64,000 nucleotides of DNA, from the NCBI GenBank assembly GCA_963801355.1, contig CAWDEM010000008.1, positions 2,496,001-2,560,000 on the forward strand, read 5' to 3'. This DNA is from Ignavibacteriota bacterium (GTDB lineage Bacteria; Bacteroidota; Ignavibacteria; UBA10030; UBA6906). Every line of letters starts with the position of its first letter. Position 1 is the first letter of the stretch. Under the pieces are notes generated by a model. The model did no database searches, was not told the DNA's origin, and worked only from the letters and a program-made list of their open reading frames with translations. The position numbers and the translations under genes were made by a program. Below are positions 7,853 to 16,610 of this stretch, in pieces.

Positions 7853-10315
7853 TTAGAATCTCAGGCGCGCACCGATGCGCATCCGGCGCGGCGGGCCGTA
7901 GTTGCTCGGATCCTGCATGTACTCCAGGGAATGCCCCCCGTCATAGGTCACATCCGGCTCGCCAGTATCGGTCCAGACGTACACCACGTTTTTCGCGTTC
8001 GTCAGGTTGAGGACTTCAATAAACACTTCAAGGGACAAGGGGGCAATTTTCCACGCTTTGCTGGCCTCCAGATCGATCGAAAAGGTCGGCGGCATGCGTC
8101 CGGAATTCTTCGGAATGTAGTTGCTCCTCCGTGCCGACGGCGTGTAGGGTTCTCCGCTGGCAGCCTTCACCAGAACATCCCACGTGGTGTTTTCCAGCGG
8201 TCGAAGTCCCAGCAGTGAAGGGCCCTCACCCTCGGGAATGCCGACGATCAGGTTCATGTTGAACATGTGTGTCCGGTCCCAGTTGAGCGGATACAGCAAT
8301 GTCGACTTGGTGGTCCCGGGATAATCTTCCTGCTCCGAAGAAGCGCTCCCTTTGGCCACCGAGTAGGTATAGGTGATCATGCCTCCCACATAGCCGACGC
8401 GGCGCATGTTCAGCCGGACTTCGAACGATTTGATGTTGGCATACGCTTCGTTCACGTAGATTGTATAGGCAACGTATCTTCCGCCGGCGTAGGGGTAGTA
8501 GTACTGCGTCCCGATCAGACCGGTGACATCCTTGTATGCCGCCGTGAAGGATCCCGAAAGGGCGTCGGTGAATTGATGGCTGACGCCGACTTCATAGGCC
8601 GTGGTGCGTTCAGGATTCAGATCCGGTTGGCCAAAAAGCGGTTCCTTGACAGCGATGTCATACTGAGAGTTTTCAAACAGCCGCAGGTAATCAGGGTTCT
8701 GGAAAAAACGGCCGTAGGAAAAATGAAGCGATGTCCGATCACTGATCGGGTGGGCAACTCCGAGGCGCGGGCTCCATTGTTGTTTCGGCTGGGACTGGAC
8801 TATTGAGGTCGGATCAAGCGGATTCGATCGGAATGGCGAGCGCTGATTCGCGTAGTCGTAGCGGAGACCAAGGTTTACCACCAGGGCGGAGAGCGAAATT
8901 TGATCCTGCACATATGCCGAACCTTCGAGCGGCTTCTGTTGGAATGAAGTGATGTACGGATTCACCCTTTTGGGGTCGTACACGTCAAGAAAATCGAGTG
9001 TGTGTTTCTTGAATTCAAATCCGGCACGGATTTCGTTCCACGTGTCCGCCTGCCAGGTCGCGTCGCCCTTGATATCAATTGTGGTGGTGGCATTCTTTGT
9101 CAACTCGACCGGGTCCTCCAGCGAATAGAACTCATGACCGTTGCCGGCGCTGCTGACATATTCGTATGAGCCGACAGGGATGTATTGCGAGGTGTCCTTG
9201 TCGACGCCGGAGTAGTACGACTGTGAGAAGTAGGAGACGCGGAGGTCGTAGAAGAATGACGGAGAGACGGTATGCGTGATGCCGAGAATTCCCTGGCGAC
9301 TCATCTCGCGCACGCGCAGGTACTGCTCGGGAATGTATTTCCACCTGTGGTTGTACGGACGGTTGTCCTCGTCGGTGTACCGCCATGTGAGAGTGGTCTT
9401 CACCGACGAAAGGGGCCGCGCGGAGAGCTTGCTGATCAGCGATATGGTCTTGTCCGAGCCGAAGGGAAGCCAACTTCCGCGGGCATCACGTTCGCCGCTC
9501 AGGTAGAACCCGAGATCATCGCCGAATATCGGTCCGCTCAGCGATCCCGTGTACCGGTTCTCGTGATAGGTGGAAAAGGGCTTCACAAGGAAATCGCTGG
9601 TGCGACCTTCAAGGAAGCTCGAGAACGATTTACCTCCCTCCTTTGTGACGATGTTTACGACGCCGCTCATGGCACCGCCGTATTCAGCGTTGAACGTCCC
9701 GCTCATCAACAGGAGTTCGGATATCGCGTCGTTGTGGATCGTGGTCCCGCGGGAGCCGAGGACCGGGTCCTTGACATACATCCCGTCGATCAGATACGCC
9801 ACTTCGTTGCTCCTCCCGCCGCGAATATAAAGGGTGTTACCCGAACCGGCCACGCCTGCCTGAAGAGCGAGCACCTCGGCGAAGTCCTTCGCCGGCAGCT
9901 GGGAGATCTGTTCGCTGCTGACCACTACCACAGACGCCGTCGCGTCCCGCTGGAAGGGAGGTGCGACGGCCTGGACGACAACCTCATCCATGTCGACCGT
10001 CGATGGGGCGCACTGTATGTCGATGGTCGTGGTCCGGTCCAACTCGACCCTCACGTTTTTGATGGACGTGGTTGCGTATCCGATCAACGTGACGCGCAGA
10101 TCATAGGCTCCCGGCGGAATGTTGAGGATGAAGTATGTTCCGTCGGGCCCCGTTGAGCCACCGAGGCGTGTGCCCACAACGGTGACATTCGCTCCGGCCA
10201 GCGGCTCTCCGCGGCCCCGTTCGGTCACCGTGCCGGCGATCTTCCCCGTCGTTCCGGCAAAGAGCGTGGTGCAGAACAGCGCTGCCGCCCAGGTCAGGTG
10301 AAGGAGAGACTTCAT
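7853..10315 (-). CDS. TonB-dependent receptor
   Basis: N-terminal GKIAGTV...GANV carboxypeptidase-regulatory-like domain; plug IRGGRSNEVAYLIDG and FNAEYGGAMSGVVNIVTK; LNPERT; C-terminal RIGARLRF. Confidence 0.93.
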   Translation of the reverse strand: MKSLLHLTWAAALFCTTLFAGTTGKIAGTVTERGRGEPLAGANVTVVGTRLGGSTGPDGTYFILNIPPGAYDLRVTLIGYATTSIKNVRVELDRTTTIDIQCAPSTVDMDEVVVQAVAPPFQRDATASVVVVSSEQISQLPAKDFAEVLALQAGVAGSGNTLYIRGGRSNEVAYLIDGMYVKDPVLGSRGTTIHNDAISELLLMSGTFNAEYGGAMSGVVNIVTKEGGKSFSSFLEGRTSDFLVKPFSTYHENRYTGSLSGPIFGDDLGFYLSGERDARGSWLPFGSDKTISLISKLSARPLSSVKTTLTWRYTDEDNRPYNHRWKYIPEQYLRVREMSRQGILGITHTVSPSFFYDLRVSYFSQSYYSGVDKDTSQYIPVGSYEYVSSAGNGHEFYSLEDPVELTKNATTTIDIKGDATWQADTWNEIRAGFEFKKHTLDFLDVYDPKRVNPYITSFQQKPLEGSAYVQDQISLSALVVNLGLRYDYANQRSPFRSNPLDPTSIVQSQPKQQWSPRLGVAHPISDRTSLHFSYGRFFQNPDYLRLFENSQYDIAVKEPLFGQPDLNPERTTAYEVGVSHQFTDALSGSFTAAYKDVTGLIGTQYYYPYAGGRYVAYTIYVNEAYANIKSFEVRLNMRRVGYVGGMITYTYSVAKGSASSEQEDYPGTTKSTLLYPLNWDRTHMFNMNLIVGIPEGEGPSLLGLRPLENTTWDVLVKAASGEPYTPSARRSNYIPKNSGRMPPTFSIDLEASKAWKIAPLSLEVFIEVLNLTNAKNVVYVWTDTGEPDVTYDGGHSLEYMQDPSNYGPPRRMRIGARLRF

Positions 10316-10325
10316 GGTTGGACCT

Positions 10326-11207
10326 CTACTCAGTGAAGTAGTGCCCCGCCTGGCGAAGAAGATCTTCCGTCTTTCTGAGGTTGTCGGTGGCCCGGTGCTT
10401 GCTGCGCAGGGCGACCTCTGTGGTCAGAGCGTTGATCAGGACGGAGATGGCGGAGATGGAGTTGGTGAAGAGCAGATTCTGACTGGCAATCGGCAGAACC
10501 GCTCTGCTGACGAAACAGACGGGTGATGTCACCCGATCGGTCACAGCTACCACTGGAATGCCTCTCGATGCGAGAGCCTGCGCCGTGTCAATCGTCTCGC
10601 GGGAATAGGGCTGGAACGAAAAGGCGACGGCGACGTCCGACGGGCTGACCTGATGAATCTGTTCAAAAAACGTCTCGTGCTCGTGGGCAAAGGGCGTCGA
10701 GCGCACCGCGACCTGATTGAGCGAATACGAGAGCACTCTCGCCAGCAACGAGGAGATGCCCAGACCGAACGTGTAGACGTGGGCAGCCTTGAGGAACATC
10801 TCTGACACCCGGACGAAAACCGCACGATCGATCTGGGTGATGGTCTGATTGATGTTCTTCACGTCCTGCTGCGCTACGGCCGTGAGGGTCTCTTCGTCGC
10901 TCTCTCCCGACAGCAGCGGATATGTTTCGGCGCCTGAGATCTCTGATTGGGCGCCTTCGCGCACCCGCTCCCGGAGCTCGAGGTATCCGGAGAAACCCAG
11001 GCTTTGGGCGAGCCGGACGACGGTCGCCTTGCTCGTCCCACTCAGGTCCTCCAGATTGATCACCGACAGGAAGGGCACCTCCCGGATGCGCTGAAGCAGC
11101 ACGTCAGCCACCTTGCGCTGATTCTCCGGGAGGTTGGGATAAGCAGACTGAACGATAAACGGGAGATCGATCGGAGCTTCCCGTTCCTTTTTAGCCTTTC
11201 GCGCCAT
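10326..11207 (-). CDS. MurR/RpiR family transcriptional regulator
   Basis: HTH SKATVVRLAQSLGFSGY plus SIS domain (FGLGISS, FSFQPYSRET, VAVTD). Confidence 0.92.
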   Translation of the reverse strand: MARKAKKEREAPIDLPFIVQSAYPNLPENQRKVADVLLQRIREVPFLSVINLEDLSGTSKATVVRLAQSLGFSGYLELRERVREGAQSEISGAETYPLLSGESDEETLTAVAQQDVKNINQTITQIDRAVFVRVSEMFLKAAHVYTFGLGISSLLARVLSYSLNQVAVRSTPFAHEHETFFEQIHQVSPSDVAVAFSFQPYSRETIDTAQALASRGIPVVAVTDRVTSPVCFVSRAVLPIASQNLLFTNSISAISVLINALTTEVALRSKHRATDNLRKTEDLLRQAGHYFTE

Positions 11208-11212
11208 TGCGA

Positions 11213-13150
11213 TTATTTCTGCAGTACCATCTTTGTTGTCGACACAAATGATCCTGCCATAAGCCTGCAGAAGTACACCCCACTGGCCAGCCGGCTGCCG
11301 TCAAATCTGAACGAGAATTGTCCCGCTGGATAGTCTCCATCGGCCAGGATGGCAACTTCACGGCCAAGCAGATCGCAGACAATCAGTTTCACGTGGCCGG
11401 CAACCGGCCACTGACAGTTGACCACTGTCGACGGGTTGAACGGGTTGGGATAATTTTGCCGGAGCGCGAATCCTTCCGGTACGCCGAGGCTCACCTGCTC
11501 GACCGACGTAGAGAGGTTATACCTCTGAACTGCCGCATCGCTCACCGTGCGGAGGCCTTCGAGGCTTGTGCTGTACAGGTACGCTACCGTGTACGCAACT
11601 GAGCCCTTTGCAGCAATCGTCTCGGTTCCAAAATTGAGGTTGAAGAACGAGCCGTTGACCCCTGCCACGATGGGGGCATCGAACCCGGGAAGAGCCGTCA
11701 TACGCCAGCGGGTCGAATCAGTCGCCGCGTCAGCGTTCGCGTCCGTGGGGGAATACACGTCCCAGTCGAGCGCATGGAAGGAAACCGGATCCCGACCGAT
11801 GATCTTTACGCCGGTATACGGTGTTTCACCCTGCCGGAAGAAATACGCCATCTTCTTCGTGGCATCATACGCCACTGTCTCGCCCCCATAGGTCTCGGAG
11901 GGTTCGGGCACGCACCCCATGCCGATGTGCACCGTGCTGGCCGCCGCTGAGTAGTTTGTGATGGTATAGTCCACAAGAACGAACGGGTCGTTCTTCCACG
12001 CGTGGACCCCTCCGAGAACGCGGACGTCCGGAGGGGCGGGCGGATCCTGCCACGAATTGTCGAACAGCGCCGTCGCGACTGTATCGGCCGCCCCGCCGAT
12101 GGAGAGGGCAGCCGACGTCATGACATAGTACGCGTCTTCCTCATAGTCGAACACGTGGGCGGAATCAAGCCCGATGACGAGCGACGCACGACCCAACTGC
12201 GTATAGAAGTCTTTGTCGTAGAGCGCCAAGCTGCCGGCCCTGTTCAACTTGAACCTGACGTTGCCCGTCCCACCGTAGACGTTCTTCACAGCCGACGCGG
12301 CCAGTAACTTGGCATAGCGCTGCTCCGCCGAATCACTCATCGCGCGGAGGCCTTCGAGGCTTGTGCTGTACAGGTACGCTACCGTGTACGCAACTGAGCC
12401 CTTTGCAGCAATCGTCTCGGTTCCAAAATTGAGGTTGAAGAACGAGCCGTTGACCCCTGCCACGATGGGGGCATCGAACCCGGGAAGAGCCGTCATACGC
12501 CAGCGGGTCGAATCAGTCGCCGCGTCAGCGTTCGCGTCCGTGGGGGAATACACGTCCCAGTCGAGCGCATGGAAGGAAACCGGATCCCGACCGATGATCT
12601 TTACGCCGGTATACGGTGTTTCACCCTGCCGGAAGAAATACGCCATCTTCTTCGTGGCATCATACGCCACTGTCTCGCCCCCATAGGTCTCGGAGGGTTC
12701 GGGCACGCACCCCATGCCGATGTGCACCGTGCTGGCCGCCGCCGAGTAGTTTGTGATGGTATAGTCCACAAGAACGAACGGGTCGTTCTTACTTGCGTAC
12801 ACGTTTTCGATGACTCGGGCATCCGGAGGAGGGGGTGGATCCTGCCATGAATTATCGAACAGCGCCGTTGCGACCGTGTCGGCCTTTCCTGCCGACGAGA
12901 GAATGACCGAGGTGGTGAGATACATTGCATCTTCCTCATAGTCGAACACGTGCGCGGAATCAAGCCCGATGACGAGCGACGCACGACCCAACTGCGTATA
13001 GAAGTCTTTGTCGTAGAGCGCCAAGCTGCCGGCCCTGTTCAACTTGAACCTGACGTTGCCCGTCCCACCGTAGACGTTCTTCTGTGCCAACATGCAGGTC
13101 GGGAGCAACAAGACCGCCATGAGAGAAAGTGTAACAAAGGTTCGATTCAT
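11213..13150 (-). CDS. T9SS-sorted protein made of a tandemly duplicated ~265 aa domain
   Basis: AGGAGG RBS before ATG 13150 (MNRTFVTLSL signal peptide); two repeats starting KNVYGGTGNVRFKLN; CTD QNYPNPFNP...GVYFCRL...K. Confidence 0.85.
   Translation of the reverse strand: MNRTFVTLSLMAVLLLPTCMLAQKNVYGGTGNVRFKLNRAGSLALYDKDFYTQLGRASLVIGLDSAHVFDYEEDAMYLTTSVILSSAGKADTVATALFDNSWQDPPPPPDARVIENVYASKNDPFVLVDYTITNYSAAASTVHIGMGCVPEPSETYGGETVAYDATKKMAYFFRQGETPYTGVKIIGRDPVSFHALDWDVYSPTDANADAATDSTRWRMTALPGFDAPIVAGVNGSFFNLNFGTETIAAKGSVAYTVAYLYSTSLEGLRAMSDSAEQRYAKLLAASAVKNVYGGTGNVRFKLNRAGSLALYDKDFYTQLGRASLVIGLDSAHVFDYEEDAYYVMTSAALSIGGAADTVATALFDNSWQDPPAPPDVRVLGGVHAWKNDPFVLVDYTITNYSAAASTVHIGMGCVPEPSETYGGETVAYDATKKMAYFFRQGETPYTGVKIIGRDPVSFHALDWDVYSPTDANADAATDSTRWRMTALPGFDAPIVAGVNGSFFNLNFGTETIAAKGSVAYTVAYLYSTSLEGLRTVSDAAVQRYNLSTSVEQVSLGVPEGFALRQNYPNPFNPSTVVNCQWPVAGHVKLIVCDLLGREVAILADGDYPAGQFSFRFDGSRLASGVYFCRLMAGSFVSTTKMVLQK
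11549..13082. repeat. Intragenic direct repeat, 2 x 739 bp, period 795 bp
   Basis: 11549-12287 matches 12344-13082 almost base for base, except a divergent patch (about 11996-12134 vs 12791-12929). Confidence 0.95.
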
Positions 13151-13161
13151 CGTTCCTCCTG

Positions 13162-14553
13162 TTAATGATAGTGGAACAGAAAGGGGGGTATGAGAAGCAA
13201 TAATGCAAGGACAAAGAAAAATACCTGCACTGGAAGCATCCATTTGAACCAGCGTTCCCACGGGATTCCGGCGAGTCCGAGCACGCCCATCGTGACCCCC
13301 GACGTCGGAAGGATTGGATTGATCCACCCCTCGCCGAACTGGAACGCAAGCACCGCCGTCTGCCGGGAAATCCCCACGACATCCGCCAGCGGGGCCATCA
13401 CCGGCATCGTCAGCGCGGCCTGTCCGGAGCCGGAATGCACGAAGAAATTGATGATCCCCTGCGTCACAAACATCGCCTGCGCCGCAAGAATCGGGTGCAA
13501 ACCGGATATCATATTCGCCAGTCCGTACAGCATGACATCCAAAATCTTCCCGTCCGTCGCCACCACAAGAATAGCGCGCGCGCACCCGATGATGAGTGCA
13601 ACCCCCACCATATCCCGGGCCCCTTCCTTGAAGGCATCCGCCGTGGCTGAGACCGAAAGACGGCCCAGAGTCCCCCCGGCAATACCCAGCCCGAGGAAGA
13701 GCCCGGCAATTTCATTGATGTACCACCCGAATTTCAACACGCCCACAACGAGAAAAAGCATTGCCGCGCCGAACAGACCAAGCACAAGACGCTGCGGCAC
13801 CGTCATGCCCGGCTGGGGCGTCCCGGACAGATGCAGGCTGCCCTTCCGTTCACAATCCAGGTCGTACACCGGACTCTGCTCCGGAGATGCTTTGATCTTC
13901 CGTGCATACAGCGCGACAAAGGTGATCATGCAGGTGGTGCTGATGACCCAGATGATCATACGGTATTCGATACCTGAATAGAGGGGGAGTTCCGCAATCC
14001 CCTGCGCAATGCCGATGGTAAACGGGTTCAACACCGCGCCGGCGAATCCCGCCGCCGCCCCCAGGAAAGGGATCGCCGTACCCACAATGGAGTCATAGCC
14101 GAGAGAGAGCGCAAGCGGGATGAAAATAAGCACAAACGGCATCGTTTCCTCACACATCCCGAACACCGCTCCGCCGAGGGAAAAGATGGTCATCGTGACG
14201 GGAATAAAGAACTTCTGGAGGCGCGGGCGACGGGCAAAGGTGAATGCCATCGACTGGACCGCGGTGGTGACCGCACCTGTCTTCTCCAGCACTTTGAACG
14301 TTCCGCCGATAAGGAATACAAACGCGATGATATGGGCCGCTTCGATGAACCCCTTCACCGGCGAAATGAGAAGCGCCCCGATGCCTTGCGGGTTACTCGG
14401 GACTTCCGTAAAAGATCCGGGCACCACGAGCGTTCTGCCGTCTTTCACCTGGCGGGTGTAGCTCCCCCCGGGCAGAACCCACGTCGCCGCCGCCACGAGG
14501 GCGACGACGGAAAAAATCATCACCAGCGTGTGAAAATGAAACGACAGTTTCAT
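13162..14553 (-). CDS. YfcC/DcuC-like membrane transporter (basic amino acid/dipeptide antiporter family)
   Basis: HTLVMIF...TWVLPGGSY, GMCEET, NPFTIGIAQGIAELPLYSG, SGSGQAALTMP, AFQFGEG; many TM helices. Confidence 0.88.
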   Translation of the reverse strand: MKLSFHFHTLVMIFSVVALVAAATWVLPGGSYTRQVKDGRTLVVPGSFTEVPSNPQGIGALLISPVKGFIEAAHIIAFVFLIGGTFKVLEKTGAVTTAVQSMAFTFARRPRLQKFFIPVTMTIFSLGGAVFGMCEETMPFVLIFIPLALSLGYDSIVGTAIPFLGAAAGFAGAVLNPFTIGIAQGIAELPLYSGIEYRMIIWVISTTCMITFVALYARKIKASPEQSPVYDLDCERKGSLHLSGTPQPGMTVPQRLVLGLFGAAMLFLVVGVLKFGWYINEIAGLFLGLGIAGGTLGRLSVSATADAFKEGARDMVGVALIIGCARAILVVATDGKILDVMLYGLANMISGLHPILAAQAMFVTQGIINFFVHSGSGQAALTMPVMAPLADVVGISRQTAVLAFQFGEGWINPILPTSGVTMGVLGLAGIPWERWFKWMLPVQVFFFVLALLLLIPPFLFHYH

Positions 14554-15476
14554 GGAATGCCCCTTCGCCGGAGGGGCACGAGCCGGCGCATGTCATAGCG
14601 ATCACCGTCGAGAAGGATGTCCATGCGCACGCCGTCGGCACCCAGGTTACCTTCCGTGTCATTGTGGATGTTCACCGCCCGGGATGCATCGAGTATCATG
14701 ACGCTTCCCTTCCCCGCCACCCGGAAGGTGCTGTCGGGTGCGACGATCACCGCCGTTGCCTCATCTATGCCGATGCCCACATGTGGTGCATGCTCCAGGA
14801 CGACGCTGATCAACCGGTTCATCCGTTTCCGCCGGATGAAATGCTGATCCACGATCACGGTCGTGAGTAATCCCAGCCCCTCCGTGACCACAACGTTGTC
14901 CCGTTTGATGAACACGAACCCGTTCACGGAATCACGGTTCAACTTCTCGTCTCCGGTCAGCATGACGGCACTCATGACGGCCGCACCCGCACTGGTGCCG
15001 CCGATCACCGCCCCCGAGCGGTACAACGCTTTCAGCTTGCCCTGCACCGGCGTTCCCACGAGTTCCTTTGTGATGCGCGATTGGTCCCCGCCGGTGAAGT
15101 ACACCCCCGTGACGCCGTTGAACTCGTCGAGAATGCCGGGGGACATTGCCTGTTCGCGCGTGATGAAAAGCGACCGTGCGCTCCCCACGCCCAACCCGTG
15201 GAACTCTTCTGCCATTTCACGCCCGGTCGTGTCCCCATCGCCGCTGGCCATGGGCAGAATGAGTATGGATGCGTGCGCGGGCCCGCCGGCCAGGCGCACG
15301 TATTCTTTCATGAGGTCGGGGCTGCGGTGACCGCCCCCGATAATAAAGAGATGCCCGCCCCTGGGCCCCCCGCCTGCCGCTGGACCCGAGAGACCGGCAA
15401 GGAGCAGAAGCATGCTGAAGACGACAGCACCCTGGTGACGGATGAAATTCCCCGGGCGGTTGTCAGACGTTCTCAT
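14550..15476 (-). CDS. cphB: Cyanophycinase (peptidase S51) with N-terminal signal peptide
   Basis: LFIIGGG, ILPMASG, FTGGDQSRI, nucleophile GTSAGAAVMS, IVDQHFIRRKRMNRL, GIGIDEATA; hydrophobic leader VVFSMLLLLAGLSGPAAG. Confidence 0.88.
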   Translation of the reverse strand: MRTSDNRPGNFIRHQGAVVFSMLLLLAGLSGPAAGGGPRGGHLFIIGGGHRSPDLMKEYVRLAGGPAHASILILPMASGDGDTTGREMAEEFHGLGVGSARSLFITREQAMSPGILDEFNGVTGVYFTGGDQSRITKELVGTPVQGKLKALYRSGAVIGGTSAGAAVMSAVMLTGDEKLNRDSVNGFVFIKRDNVVVTEGLGLLTTVIVDQHFIRRKRMNRLISVVLEHAPHVGIGIDEATAVIVAPDSTFRVAGKGSVMILDASRAVNIHNDTEGNLGADGVRMDILLDGDRYDMRRLVPLRRRGIP

Positions 15477-16581
15477 CGGGTGCCCTCTGGATCAGGTCGT
15501 GAGCGATCGCATAGGCGTTCGCAAAATCCCCGAGCAGGATAAATTCGTCTTTGCCGTGCGGATTCTGCGCTCCGACCCCGAGATTGACAGCCGGGAGATT
15601 TTTGGCGTTGAGCATGTTTGCATCGCTGCCGCCGAGATACTCGATCGGATCCGGCACCAGCCCGAGCCGTCGCAGCACAGTGCACGCGCGCCGGAAGACC
15701 GGGGCATCAGACGAGAGTGTGAAGGGAGGGAAATCCACTGCGCTCTGTATTTCCACGGTCGACTGAAACTCACGGCCGGTGGCTTCGAAGAGCGCAGTCA
15801 TATCGCCCAGGTACGCGTCGATCTCCCCGGGCAGAAATGAGCGCACTTCGCCTTCGATGCAGCAGCTGTCGGGGACGACGTTGGTCGCGGTGCCGCCTTT
15901 GATGATGCCGACGCTGGCGGTCATCTTGGGCGCCAGCCGCCCGATACGCATCCGCGCGATCGCGTGGGCGGCCATCTGGATCGCGTTGATGCCTTTCTCC
16001 GGAGCCACCCCCGCATGTGATGCCCGGCCGTGAAATGTCGCCGTGTACACAGACGAGCCGACACACGATTGGATGAACGTCCCGGGCCGCCGCGAGCAGT
16101 CAAAGATATACGCCATCCTCGCGTTGAACGGCGACAGGTCGACGTGCCTGGCACCCCACATGCCCAGCTCCTCCGCAACGGTAAAAACCACCATGGCGTT
16201 GCCCAGCGGTTGCGTTGTTGCGGTTGAACGCAGCGCGTGCAGGAGGATGCTCACGCCCGCACGGTTATCCACACCGAGGATCGTGGATCCGTCACCGGTG
16301 ATGCGATCGGAGGCAACGACCGGGCGGACGCCCGCGGTCGGCGAGGGGGTGTCAAGATGAGCAAACAACACGGTCGCAGGCAGATCCGGGGAAAACGTGT
16401 GCGGCACACAGATCAGGTTGCCGCACCCCGTTCCCAGTACTGATGCAGCATCATCCTCGACAATCCTTACCGGCAGTCCTGACAGCTTCTCCCGGACGAA
16501 GGCAGCCATGGGCGCCTCATGGAGCGACGGCGCGTCAACCCGGACTGCCTCCAGGAACAGCTCCACCAGCGGTGAGAGCAT
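15463..16581 (-). CDS. M20 family metallopeptidase (peptidase T-like)
   Basis: AHLDT, GVDNRAG, AEELG, HAGVAPEKGINAI, GGTATNVV, GGSDAN, QNPHG; no signal peptide. Confidence 0.9.
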   Translation of the reverse strand: MLSPLVELFLEAVRVDAPSLHEAPMAAFVREKLSGLPVRIVEDDAASVLGTGCGNLICVPHTFSPDLPATVLFAHLDTPSPTAGVRPVVASDRITGDGSTILGVDNRAGVSILLHALRSTATTQPLGNAMVVFTVAEELGMWGARHVDLSPFNARMAYIFDCSRRPGTFIQSCVGSSVYTATFHGRASHAGVAPEKGINAIQMAAHAIARMRIGRLAPKMTASVGIIKGGTATNVVPDSCCIEGEVRSFLPGEIDAYLGDMTALFEATGREFQSTVEIQSAVDFPPFTLSSDAPVFRRACTVLRRLGLVPDPIEYLGGSDANMLNAKNLPAVNLGVGAQNPHGKDEFILLGDFANAYAIAHDLIQRAPDENV

Positions 16582-16610
16582 GGGAAAGGGTTTCCAGAAG
16601 AGAGGTGTTA

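Noticed and set aside
11549-13082. Diversity-generating retroelement (template/variable repeat pair)
   Set aside because: The differences are not adenine-specific and include many synonymous changes, both copies are in-frame coding, and there is no reverse transcriptase in the window.
13151-13585. N-terminal extension of the 790 aa ORF
   Set aside because: It overlaps the YfcC-type gene in another frame. The RBS and signal peptide place the true start at 13150.
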